Notes under the pieces: model-generated
Seen by the model: the letters and a program-made list of their open reading frames with translations, nothing else
Told to the model about the DNA's origin: nothing
The model's database searches: none
Shown here: positions 1 to 11,356 of the stretch, piece by piece
Layout of the letters: every line of letters begins with the position of its first letter
How positions within the stretch are numbered: the stretch's first letter is position 1
From: Ginglymostoma cirratum
Taxonomy: Eukaryota
NCBI GenBank assembly: GCA_024137785.1
Contig: JAHRHZ010000022.1
Span: forward strand, 32,275,660-32,339,659
DNA length: 64,000 nt
Direction of reading: 5' to 3'
Made by a program: the position numbers and the translations under genes

Positions 1-113
1 GCCCGAAACGTCAAGCTTTCCTGCTCCTATGATGCTGCTTGGCCTGCCGTGTTCATCCAGCCCCACACCTTGTTATCTCGGATTCTCCAGCATCTGCAGT
101 ACCTTTTATCTCT
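1..113 (+). mobile_element. PLE-derived short non-autonomous element (3' part), starting inside its hammerhead motif; cut by the window edge
   Basis: gcccGAAACGTCaagctttcctgctcc...ttggcctg...gttcatccag...ccttgttatctcggattctccagcatctgcagt is the reverse complement of the copies at 5757, 28834 and 46871. Confidence 0.8.
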
Positions 114-639
114 GATTGCCAGAATGGATGCATTTTTTAAAAGAAAAGGCGTGGAAATTGTCCATGATCTACTGTGTAGTATTTCCTGGACCAGCAAAAG
201 CACATATTGCTAACTGGAGAGTTTGCACATGGAAGTTCGTTGTGGTAATCACATTGTGTTGCAGAATTTTAATTATGACAAATTTTATTATTTTAAATAA
301 TTATTCCTTAAACATTTTTTTTCCAGCAGGACATCTTGTATATTAAGAAAAAAAATCTTCTCATCTTTTGTGTACTTTACGTGTCTTAGTTTCGGTGTTT
401 GGAACCTATCCAATTGACTTGCATTGTAAAATTTGTTCACAGATGTGAGGTTTTCCAAAAACGTAATATCTGAAAATGGCGGCTCTTTGTTGTGTGACAA
501 AATTTCTCTCAACTCCTGTCAGTATTGTGTCCAGATTGGGAATTACAAACATCATAATATATCTGGTGCGAGGTTTTCTCGAGTCAAATATTGCAGGAGG
601 TAGCCACCCCATAGGTTGCTAGGAATAAAGAAGCTCGTA

Positions 640-1260
640 AAATAAGCTGGGCACCCGTTGAAGGACAGGTCAGATCATGAAAGACAAGTGTAGACAAGGG
701 ATCATTTGTGGAACTGATTTTTCTATTGTGTTGAAACTGTGTTTAAAATCTGTGATGCAGGGAAGGATAATTAGTTAACAATCTTATGACAAGGGACCAT
801 CTTGCACAGAGCAAGATAAATTTCAACATTGTGCGCGTGAGTGGGAAGGTAGATACAAATGAAGTTTTTAAGTAATTCAAAAGACAGACAGTGGAAATAA
901 GGTACAAAAAAAAATCTGTTCCAATGCAAAAATAAGTAAATAGCCCAAAAAGGCTCAGGCATCACATGTGTAGTTAAGCATCCATGGTGCACAAGTAAGG
1001 TTAGCGACCGTGTCAAGGTAAAAGGAAAGATTTGCACAAATACATGGAAAGATTTAAACCTAGTGAACTGGGGGAGCTAGAAACAGCAACAAAAGAATAC
1101 AGAGAAAGTAGTCAGTGATGTCAAAGAGGAAGATGGGAAAAACCTGCAAAGATATCAAAGCTCAGTTTTTAAAAAATGTATCAATGTATTACAGAACAGA
1201 ATTGATAAGAAAAACATGATTGCAGGCAAGAACCGTCCAAACAACATCCCAACTCTACTG
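640..1260 (+). mobile_element. Degenerate CR1 LINE fragment (endonuclease-RT linker region)
   Basis: A-rich coding-like text with catccatggtgcacaagtaaggttagc (HPWxT) and aaaaacctgcaaagatatcaaa (KxLAKDIK-like); many indels. Confidence 0.5.
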
Positions 1261-1289
1261 CAACATGCATTGAAAACCAAAGGAAATAC

Positions 1290-1570
1290 CAGAAAAACTG
1301 GGTAGATTTTAAGAAATGTCTTAAAATGGGAAATGAGGTGGAGAAAGGGGAGATTTAGGGAGGGAATTCTAGAGTCTTGCAGTTCAGCAAATGAAGATGC
1401 AACTGCCAATATTGCAGCAATCAAAATCCAGGATCCTGAAGAGGCCAGAATTGAAGGAGTGCAGAAATCTTACATGGCTGTATGATTGGAGGGATCTATG
1501 AAAAATAGGGAGGAGCAAGGTCATGAAAGAATTTGGAAACACTGCGAATTTTTGACGTGATGCGTTGCTT
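1290..1570 (-). mobile_element. L2-like LINE 3' fragment
   Basis: gatttagggagggaattctagag...gaagaggccagaattgaaggagtgcag...agggaggagcaaggtcatgaaagaatttg is the reverse complement of the L2 3' region seen at ~16100-16450 and ~47860-48060. Confidence 0.6.
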
Positions 1571-1779
1571 AATCTGAACGCAGTGCATACGATTAATATA
1601 AAACAGCGTTTGGAAAAAAAAAATCATGGAGGATGAAATTTGGAGAAGGCAAATGCTGCAGAACTAGAAAGAAGTGACAACACGAGGCTTTCAATAGACT
1701 GATCTTCTCTGGCTTTGCACAGAAGTTAAGAGCAAGTAGAGATTTCAGGAACAGAAGGATGAAAGGGTGGGAGGTAATC

Positions 1780-1995
1780 TAGTGTTTAAGCTGGTCCAGT
1801 GATGACCATGCAAATGCCGATTGTTGTAAAACCCATCTGGTTCACTAACGTCCTTTTAGGAAAGGAAATCTGCCACCTTACCTGGTCTGGTCTACTTGTG
1901 ACTTCAGACCCACTGTCATGTGGTTGACTCTTAACTCCTCTTGGCCAGTTAAGGATGTGCAATAAATGCTCAATGCCTGTTTGCCATGAATAAGT
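1780..1995 (+). mobile_element. SINE fragment with LINE-derived 3' tail
   Basis: gattgttgtaaaacccatctggttcactaacgtccttttagggaaaggaaatctgcc...; ends ggatgtgcaataaatgct...ccatgaataa, a tail shared with 16200-16320 and 47500-47575. Confidence 0.65.
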
Positions 1996-2704
1996 TTTTA
2001 CAAACAGGCAGTGACACTCTGCAGCTTTGTCATCAAGTCATACGTTCACTCCTTATTTTCACGTTTCCATTTTTAAGTTCCTTTGCCACCATTTATAATA
2101 GAAACTGCCTATGTAAACTTGTCACATTGTAATTAAACCCTCCCTGGTATTACATCATTTCGGATTGTGGAGTGTAATTACAGCATAGCAGGTATTCGTT
2201 TGGATTCAAAATGAAATGTTTCAGTATTATTCTGTAGTCCTTTGCACAAACTAAGGCAGTACTTTGTTCACTACCAACAGAGCATCCTTGATGCCAGAAG
2301 CTTGAGGACTTCTCACTCATAGCATGATGGTGGGGAAAATAATGGGAAATATAACTGATAACATTTTCCTGTAATTTACACACCGTAGTGTCTTCAAGCA
2401 CATTCGGTCAAACAAAATGTACATACTCCATTGCCTTCCAATGGAAATGCTAACATTAACAACTGGCAGCAGCTGAGCCGATGGGCTCAGTTTCCAGGAA
2501 GTCTCCTCTGTATGTCACTGGAATCAAAACAAGGAAATTTTATATCTTCACTTGGTCATTTAGTGAGACATTGAAGACAATTAAACTACATTCTGCCATA
2601 AAGCTTTACAGGTGCCAAGACCAATACGCCAGAGGCAAAGATTTGATAATATAAAAACCACAACATTCAGCAATGTATCTTATTGTATATCAGTTACTTG
2701 GACT

Positions 2705-2941
2705 GGTGTTCGGTTCGCTCAGTTAGCTGGATGGCTGCTGTGTAATGCAGTGTGATGCCAACAGAGGTTCACTTTCCATCCTTGCTGAGGTCACCGTGAA
2801 GGCCCCACCTTCTCAACCTCACCCCTTGCCCATGTTTGAGGTGTGGTGACCCTCAGGTTAAACCACCACCGGTTTTCCTTTACACTTGCTCTCGCACTCT
2901 CTCCCTCAGGTCCTCAGGACCTATGGTGACTTTACCTTTAT
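2705..2941 (+). mobile_element. tRNA-derived SINE (family A, copy 1)
   Basis: A-box-like tcgctcagttagctgg, B-box-like ggttcactttcc, body ccctcaggttaaaccaccacc, tail ctatggtgactttaccttta; second copy inverted at 41243-41460. Confidence 0.7.
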
Positions 2942-4329
2942 GACTGAGACATACCTTCTTTAAAGAAGTCAGTTGTTCCACAGTGCTCATTAAATCAATT
3001 TTCTCGCCAAGTTTTCTGAAATCGTTGGCCAGGGTAAACTGGGGATAATAACATGTGGTGATCCTGATGGATGAAACTCATGCTTTAAGTTAATATGCTT
3101 TAGATTATTACTGAATATATTTAGGTTTGGGTAAACCATAAAGATTGCTGCTGTTGAAAAATAGTACCCTCTGTTCTGTTTTGCTCGCTTCCTGAGTCCT
3201 GCGTCTGATTTTCTGTAGCTCAACATAAGCGCACACATGCTTTAAATTGATACGGTGAAAACCCTGATTCTCTTTGAAGACATTGTCATTAGTTCAGCAG
3301 CTTCTCCTTCAGGCTTCCACCTGCGTGGTAGGCAAACAATATCGTGACAAACTTGGGTTAGTTTGACTTTAAGACAAATAAGTGCTCTTAAGTTTTTGCA
3401 CAAATAATTATTTTGTGAGGAAAAAAAACGTGAAGTATTAGTCAGCTGTCCTCTATTACTTGAAAAGGTGAACTTCATTGACTGAAATTAACAGAGCTCT
3501 GCAAAATTGAAGCTATGGAAAAGCTGAATTGGTTATTCATTCTTGGGATCTCGGTGTTTTATTTGTTCAGTACATGTATGAGTCAATTGTTTTTCATAAT
3601 TATTACTGAATAAATGTAGTTCTACCATAAGTTCTTAATTGTCATTAGGAACTGGGGTACCTTGCGATTGTTATTAAGTACCATCACATTACTGTTAGGT
3701 ATTATTTTTCTCCAAACTAAACTTCAGGGGAAACATTTAATTTTAGGTTCTTACAGCAGCTTAAAATTGGAATATTCCAATGAACAACTTAAGATTGCAG
3801 ATGAATTTATGCCATTTATTTAAAATAGATGTTAAAAAAATCTGGTAGTGCTCCCTCCAAATACTGTACAGTTTACTTACCACTTCGACAGATCAAACAA
3901 ATGAGCAGAAAGAAAATGGTTGGCTGATCCCTAAGTGGGAGAACACTGTTCATGATTAGTTCTCACAGACTCTATGATTGGGGTGTTACATCTATTTGGT
4001 GTTGGGGATTAGGTGTCAATAGTGAAGCTGTAATTATAATTCATTTCTACATAAAAGAAGATGATGATGAACCTTCTCCCTGATGTGTAGTCATCTTTGA
4101 AGTAGTGGTGTTCTCACTATAGTGTTAAGTAGTTTACATGCAGATTGATGTGTTTATAAAACGTATACATGTGTGACTTGGAGGTGATAGTACTCTCATA
4201 ACAGTACAGCTCTTTGTGCTTCTCAACTGTTTCAAGTAAAGGACAGAGGGAGCTAAAATCAAAATAAGCTGTGAGCTGCAGCAGACTATTGTGTACCTTC
4301 TGAACATTTTGTGCTGGCAATGGAGGCAT

Positions 4330-5420
4330 ATGGCTGAATTCAGTAAGGGGCACCAAAACAAGCAAGCTGCTATTTCCTGGATAATGTCACACACCCCTGA
4401 GAGTTGTGGTTGTACTCCATCTGGTTAAATGGGTGAATATCCCATTGTATTCCTGATAACAAGCATCAGGAATGGTGGTGTGGTTTTGACTGGGGAGGTG
4501 AGGAAGTGAGTGCTTGTGACAGTACTCTGCCCTTGTCTATTTGCCAATACGTAGACATAATCCAGTTAGGTTCTGACCAATGGTGGCCCCAAAGAGATCG
4601 ATGCATACAGTTCTATGACAGTGATGCTGTGGAAGAGTTCAAAGACGTATGAATGGCCTTACAATAATTTGACATGGTCATTCATTAGCAATTAAATATT
4701 ACCTGCCATTTGTCAAGCGAAGTTTGTATGTTGTTCAGTTCCTTCTGCCAACTGGCATTTATTTTTCCAAAATTATCAACAGAGTGAAATACTGGAATTG
4801 ACAGTAAACAACCTCACGACTGACCTTAAGACAGGACCAAGGTCATTGATAAAGCAGTTAGAAATGGCTGTGCCAAGAACACTTCTGTAAAGAATGGCTG
4901 TGGCAATATTCTGGGTTGCATTCATTGGACATATCCATCTTCCGTTTGTGGGCCTCCCGACACAGGAATGTTTTCTAGGAATTTTGGACCTATATTCAAT
5001 TAAGATTTGCCTGGTTTTAAGGACAGCTCCTCTCAACATTCCCTGCCAGTCAGCCATTGTAACACTGAATTGAATCAAAGCTGTGATGCGCTTTGGAACA
5101 TAGCGCCTCTTGCAGAATCTAAGCTGAGCATCACTGAGCAGGTTATTGGTGAATGACAGTCACTTAATAGCACAATTGGTGACTCTTTTCAACACTTTAT
5201 TGATGATTAGGAAAGAGCTGATATGGCAGTAATTTGTTCACGTTAGATTAATCCTATTTTTAATGGACAGGACATACCTGGATAGTCCTCCATATTGTTG
5301 CCTAGAATTTCACTGCCATTGTCATTGTCATTACTACAGCAGGCTAGAATGCGGAGCAGATAGCTTAAATGTATTGGTTTTCAGTGTTACAGTTGATTGG
5401 TTGTCATGGTTCATGTCATC
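4330..5420 (-). mobile_element. Degenerate CR1-group LINE RT fragment (probably the same family as 46240-47575)
   Basis: Minus ORF 4776-5078 contains RSVLGTAISNCFINDL (QGSVLGPxxFxxFINDL RT motif). Confidence 0.7.
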
Positions 5421-5756
5421 TCTATCCTGGTAAGACCTTCATAAAAAAATAAAACTTCAAATCATCTGCGGGAAATCATTTGAGAGCTTTTCCTGTACAA
5501 TGGTTTCAAAATATGCTCAGGGTCTTGTTTGACATCCAACTATATTGTTTGTTGGAAATGTTCCGGCAGGTCAGGTCACTGATTACTGTTCTCTAAATCA
5601 ATGTTTGTGTTATGCCAATCAGGAGATCTGTCAGGTAGTGCACTCCATCCAGGTATCTGTCAGCTTTTTAGCTCTTCCAATGCCACCATAAACCTGCTGT
5701 CCACAAATTCTCAGGGTTTTTTTTGCCATTTTAGTTTATAAACAAATGTGCTAGAG

Positions 5757-6040
5757 ACACGATAACAAGGTGTAGAGCTGGCTGAACACAGCAGGCCAAG
5801 CAGCATCAGAGGAGCAGGAAAGCTGACGTTTCGGGCCTAGACTCTTCTTCAGAAATGGGGGAGGGGAAGGGGGTTCTGAAATAAATAGGGAGAGAAGGGG
5901 AGGCGGATAGAGGATGGATAGAGGAGAGGATAGGTGGACAGGAGGCAGACAAGTCGAAGAGGCGGGGATGGAGCCAGTAAAGGTGAGTGTAGGTAGGGGG
6001 GTGGGGAGGGGATAGGTCAGTCCAGGGAGGACGGACAGGA
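5757..6040 (-). mobile_element. PLE-derived element: 3' UTR with hammerhead motif plus pyrimidine-rich tract
   Basis: Near-identical to 28834 and 46871 copies over ~95 bp. The following G/A-rich tract resembles the reverse complement of the C/T-rich 3' UTR of the PLE relic at ~45760-45980. Confidence 0.8.
5825..5852 (-). ncRNA. Minimal type I hammerhead ribozyme core (PLE type)
   Basis: Minus strand CUGAAGA-A-GAGU-CUAG-GCCC-GAAAC-GUC; one mismatch in helix II; helix I weak. Confidence 0.6.
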
Positions 6041-6494
6041 TGACTGGTTCTTGGAATAGGTTGCTCCGAAGGCAGTCGGGTTGTTAAGAAAAAGTTGGTA
6101 GGGTTTTAATTGAGACTTTAGAAATGGGCAATGCTGGAAGAATGGTTCAGATATGTTTTGCAAGCCAAATAAAATGACCCACTATGTGTAATCGTGACAT
6201 ATTTGATCACGTTGCATCATTATTCAAATGTTGTAAATGTTTGTATTACATGAGTCAGACCTTGGTTATCATTACTGTGAAATAAAGAAGCTATTGATTC
6301 ACAAGAGGCCTTGTTTGGTCCACCTTCAGAAATATCGAAGTCTTCATGCAGCCCACATTTTAAAAGCAAGTGGTGGGAGTCCACTATCGAAGCAGGACAA
6401 TGACATTGCTTAGGGATGCAGATGCTGTGAAGTATCAATGACGAAGCTCAATTTGTAACAGCTGCAATTTATTTTATTGCTAAATCTCTGGGTG

Positions 6495-7110
6495 ATACCA
6501 TGTCCGGAGTACTACGTACAGTATTGATCTCTATATTTAGAAAGGATGTAAATACATTCGAAACAGTTCAGAGAAGGTTTACTGCAGTAAAGCCTGTAAT
6601 GACAAATTTCCTTAAGAGGAATGGTTGGACAGGCTGTGTTGGTTTAAGTGGGAATTTTAGAGCAAGAAGTAACTTGATTGAAACATATAAGATCCTGAGA
6701 GGTGGTAGGATGTAGAATGCATATTTCATCTTGGGGGAGAACCTAGTATCTGGGTCATTTTTTAAAAAATAAGTGATCACCCATTTATAATAGGGATGAG
6801 GAGATCTTTAGAACTCTCTCTTCCTCGACAGTGAAGCAGAGCCTTTGAATACATTTAATGCAAAGGTAGATCCTTATTAGAAAGAGGTGAAGATCATCAG
6901 GTAAAATTAAAGCAAAATACCGTGGATGCTAGAAACCTGAAATAAAGACAAAGTGCTTGATAAACTCAGCAGGTCAGGTTCATGTTTAGAATCTGATACG
7001 ACTTCTTCAGGACAGTTATCAAGGATGTAGAGTAATCAAGGTCAGCCATGATCTAATTGAATAGAAAAGCAGGCTTGAAGAGTCGAATGGTCTGCTGCTG
7101 CTCTCAGTTC
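6495..7110 (+). mobile_element. CR1 LINE 3' end
   Basis: ORF 6500-6715 RKDVNTFETVQRRFT...LIETYKILRG; tail aggcttgaagagtcgaatggtctgctgctgctc; interrupted at ~6905-7010. Confidence 0.85.
6905..7010 (-). mobile_element. Related PLE-derived short element nested in the CR1 tail
   Basis: aaagcaaaataccgtggatgctagaaacctgaaataaa...aaactcagcaggtcagg...gacttcttcag, same architecture as the 11213, 46668 and 62333 copies. Confidence 0.6.
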
Positions 7111-7311
7111 GGAAGTTTCTCCATTATGCTCGTTGTGAACAGGGAACCAAGTTTCATTTTCTTTCTATGGGTCAACCCCCTGAAAATCTACAGCCTACAA
7201 AGTAAGACAGAACTAAAGTTTCAAAACATAACTCGATTTGCTGTTCATGAGTAGAATTCAAGAGTTCACCAGTTGCCAGCTGCTGCAGTAGCACTGTGGA
7301 ATATCATGATC

Positions 7312-7333
7312 GTGTGTGCGTGTGTGTGTGTGT
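7312..7333. repeat. (TG)n microsatellite, imperfect
   Basis: gtgtgtgcgtgtgtgtgtgtgt. Confidence 0.9.
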
Positions 7334-8096
7334 AGCACAAAAAATTTTGTCTCACTTATTAAAATTTAATTTTCTAAAAACCTCTCTGTTTATAATTAAA
7401 AATCCAGTAATTCTTACAATTTTTCTGCCAGGGAGGAACCAGGAATTTGCAGGCAGCTGCCACATTGCAAAGAGTAAAAAAAAATTGCATTATTCACATA
7501 CCTATTTGCATCATCTGACTTTAATAGGATAACTAATTGCACACACAGATTTTGCGCAATTAGATAAATGAAAAATTCATTTCTGCCACTTATCGACTCC
7601 AGTTATAAACATAAGTAAATGCTGCTGTTGTTATAAATTAGAAATAGAGATAAGCCTTCGAAGCACGCAGACTGTGCAATGTTTATACCGTATTCAGTTC
7701 ACCGTGGTTTATTGATGTGTACATCAGGGTAATTCTCACACAATGTAGTAATGGCCTTTGTATTTGTCGTTCCAACATGTGAAGAAGTTGATGTTAGCAG
7801 CTCAATTGTTGCTGATTAAGAAAGAAGATATTCTGCAGCTTGGTAAACATTGAGACTGAATTTTTTAAAAAAGTATTTGTTCATGACTTTCTCCCTATGT
7901 AAAGCAGCTATCCAATACTTTACCTTACAGATTAACCGTCTGGTCAGGATTCTGGTAGGTCCCCAAAGCAGTTGGCTGAAAGATCAATGGAAATTGGTTG
8001 TGTGGTCTCATCTAAACAATTAGCAGGATTTGCTTGGATTAGCTGTACCTATGAAGGTACCTTGCTCAATGGGGTGATGTCAATTTTGATCCAGTA

Positions 8097-8250
8097 AAGA
8101 AACCAAAATGCTGTGAATATTGATAATCTGAAAAAAAAAAATCAGAATACTGGCAATACTGAGCTGGATGAGAAGCATCCATGAAGAGGGAGAAGATTTA
8201 ATGTTTCACATTGATTGATAGATTTTCTTCTGGTTTGTGCTGCCTACTAT
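8097..8250 (-). mobile_element. Highly degenerate PLE-derived short element
   Basis: aaccaaaatgctgtgaatattgataatctgaaaa...cagaatactggcaatactgagc...gcatccatgaagag...ttaatgtttca resembles the 6905 and 46668 copies. Confidence 0.45.
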
Positions 8251-10861
8251 GCTGGTGGCAGATCTCGGGTACTTTTCCTGAAAGCCTGGAAGAGAGCAGG
8301 TGGGTAGTTATTGTTGGATGTGGAGTTGGAGGGGCCTGATAGTGGCTGGAAAGACTCCATTTACAGACCCTGCAGAATCAGGGGAATATTCCTGCATCCT
8401 CGGACTCCAGAGTAAGGTGTCTCTTCAGACAAAAATCTCAGAAAGCCACCATTGGTGGCCACTGAAGAATCCCAAAAGTTGAAGGTCCATTGGTAGCTAC
8501 GCTTTGGAATCTATCAAAGAACTCATTTACCTTTTTGCTCGGTTTTTAAGGGCGAAATGCTTGTTGTGGGAATTCACTTTGGACACCTAAGAACTGGGCC
8601 CCTTGAATTTCGAATTGAGACAATTGTGAAAGTAGAATAGACCATGCCGTCCCATAGCAGTGGTGGACTTTGAACACATTTATGGCCACAAAAATGACAC
8701 AACACTTAACAATTTACACCCCAGTTGAGTTTAATACTCCGTTCCTAGGTTTCCACATTCATGGTAATGCAAAATGTACTATTAAGATCTGCCCTCGGCT
8801 CTCGTATTACAGTGGGTGTTTTTTTGTCGAGCCCAATAAACTCTGAAAGCACAGCAGAAAAGATGACGAGGAGAATTAAGTAAAAATGGCTTCTAATGCT
8901 TTAAAAGAGACATCTATCCTCCAAATTAACCCATAATGCTATAAAGTAGGATAGAGAAGCTGTCCAACCCAGTTTAATTTGATCACTTAAACTGTTACTG
9001 AGGTTTGTGATAATGGCTTTTAGAAAAAAAAAATGGTGATCATTCGATGCACTTAGATGTGAAATACAATGCTGATGATTCTTCATGTAAAACTGTCCAA
9101 CTATGCACTTGAATCACCACATCTGTCATTTACATCACATCACAGTGGACACATGTTCGTTCATACGTAAAGCACTCAGCCAACCAACTCATTCATCCAT
9201 ACAGTAAATGAATAAATAACACGATACCACTCAGTTTGTGTTATGACATGAAGGGTTATATATTACAAATGAATTTTAATATGGTATCTGTTATTTTAGT
9301 TGATATTTCCTCTTCAGGATACTATTTCATTGTAGCTGATTTGACTGACTTACTAAAGATAATTTTAACTTTGGTTAATGTATAAAGTGACCACATTCAA
9401 TCTGCCTGTCAATGGAAGTGAAGGTCAAGAGGAATGTATAGCAGATGGCTAATTTGATTTTTGCCCTTTATAAACAATATCATCTCAACTTAAAATACCC
9501 CCATTGATGTTTTCAGTTGTATTGTGATTTGTTCCTTTTTTGCTACAGCCCAAGTATACTCATTCCAATGTAGTGCAAAAATATGGTAAAACAAAAACTT
9601 GCAGCACTCTGGGTCTGTTTTAATCTTTTTAGCAGAGGAGACTGAATTTCTCAAGTGCTACGTAATGCAGGCTGTCTAAACATGTACGCTTCATTGCATA
9701 TGTCGCCACAGAGTCAAAACATCCAGTATATACTGTCTTAACACTGGCCTTGGCTATTTTTTTGTGATTTCAAATTCATTCTATACTGCACAACAAGTAC
9801 TTACAGGATTCATCTGTTCTGATTTGGATTGCACACTCCTTTTCTCATTTAGAACAGCATTGTGGTGCTGGTCAAATAGTGAAAGCTGTTGGACACAGGT
9901 GCTAACCTATTCATTTCACCTGCCACGATCCATAGATTGTACTGTCGTGAGTATGCCTTGCTCCGTTCTCGCTTGGGAAATATTGGACTCAGCATTTTCA
10001 ATATGCCAAAATGTGAGATTGAAGCTGCAGTTCATCCTGTAAGCACCATCCATACATCGGTAAATTCTTCCCTCTGACACTTCCTCTTGATTTGTAGGAC
10101 AGTAACTTCTTACATTTGTTCAAGTGGGAATCTGTTAACACCAGTACTGTCATTACAAACTTGACACTTTCCCCCTCAAGATGTAATATCATCACTTCTC
10201 CTCCTATTTTTTTTTTTTCTCTATCTGGCCCACTGCTTCAATCACTGTCAGAATCACAGGGAAGCATTCCCCAAAGCAACTTCCTTCCTTAAGCATAAAC
10301 AAGATAACCGAGCAGAATAGCACAAATCCTTGAGAATGTTGTCATACGTGTTGTTTCAAAAACATGTCTTGCCTGTTACTATTTGTCCGTCAAGTTTAAT
10401 AAAATAAAACTATACAATTTAATTGGCAAACTTTACTCCTGCCCCTACTGCGCTCTACAGAAGTGGTTGAAATGGGGGGAGAAACATGCTGCTGTGCAGG
10501 CTTGATTTTTGGTTGCTATGAAAATGAAATCCTGAGAACACAACAGTTCATCAACAACATGAAATATAACTGTATATTTTGAATATCATTTCTTTGTCAG
10601 AACTACTGAAAGGCAACTACTCAAAATGTTCATCTATATTTTCTTCTGTCTAGTTTATTTATTTTTAATATACTATTTATTTCTAGATGTTTTCGGTCAC
10701 ACACCAATGTATGTGTGCATCAACTTTTTCAGAGTATATTAGAAAATAATTGCAACTAGATATTGAATGTCACTGATTTCAGTGGATGCCTGAATGCTCA
10801 GTGATGGTCAGAGTTCAGGGAGTGCTGAGGTGGGATAAGGTCGGTAGCTGAGGTGGGATGG

Positions 10862-11183
10862 GGGCAGCACAGTAGCACAGTGGTTAGCACTGCGACCTCA
10901 CAGTACCAGGGACCCAGGTTCAATTCCACACTCGGCTGACTGTCTGTCTGGAGTTTGCACATCCTCCCCATGTCTGCATGGGTTTCCTCCAGGTGATCCA
11001 GTTTCTTCCCACAGTCCAAGGATGTGCAGGTTAGGTGGATTGGCCATGCTGAATTGCCCATAGTGTTCAGGGATGTGTAGATTAGGTGGTTTGTAGGGCA
11101 TTGGGTCTGGTTGGGATGCTCTGAGGGTCAGTGTGGACTTGTTAGGCCAGAGGGCCTGTTTCCACACTGTAGGGATTCTGTGA
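10862..11183 (+). mobile_element. HE1-type (V-SINE) shark tRNA-derived SINE
   Basis: A box tagcacagtgg 10873-10883, B box ggttcaattcc 10917-10927, central tgggtttcctcc...ttcttcccacagtccaaggatgtgcaggttaggtggattggccatgct, CR1-like tail ggcctgtttccacactgtagggattctgtga. Confidence 0.9.
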
Positions 11184-11212
11184 TAAGGTCATGGGCCATC
11201 TATTTCAATTTT

Positions 11213-11356
11213 GGAAGAAAAAATCAGAGTTAACACTTCGGGTCCAGAAACGTTTACTGATTTTTGTCTTCACGGATGCTGCCAGACCTGCTGAGCTTTT
11301 CCAGCAACTTCTGTTTTTTTTCCTGATTTACTGCGACCGCAGTTCTTTCGTTTGTC
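11213..11356 (+). mobile_element. PLE-derived short element with collapsed palindromic centre and probable 11-bp TSD
   Basis: aaatcagagttaacacttcgggtccagaaacgtttactgattt...gatgctgccagacctgctgagcttttccagc; atttcaatttt at 11202-11212 and 11357-11367. Confidence 0.7.

Noticed and set aside
9853-9946. Possible exon (ttttctcatttag ... gtc|gtgagt)
   Set aside because: Splice-like ends, but the only open frame gives an unrecognisable Trp/Cys-rich peptide. Cannot be supported without RNA data.
10862-10935. tRNA gene
   Set aside because: A and B boxes belong to the tRNA-derived head of a SINE, followed by SINE body and tail.
10898-11167. Similar 'proteins' at 10898-11167 and 18976-19236 (HYGQFSMANPPNLHI)
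   Set aside because: Antisense translations of two HE1 SINE copies, not a gene family.
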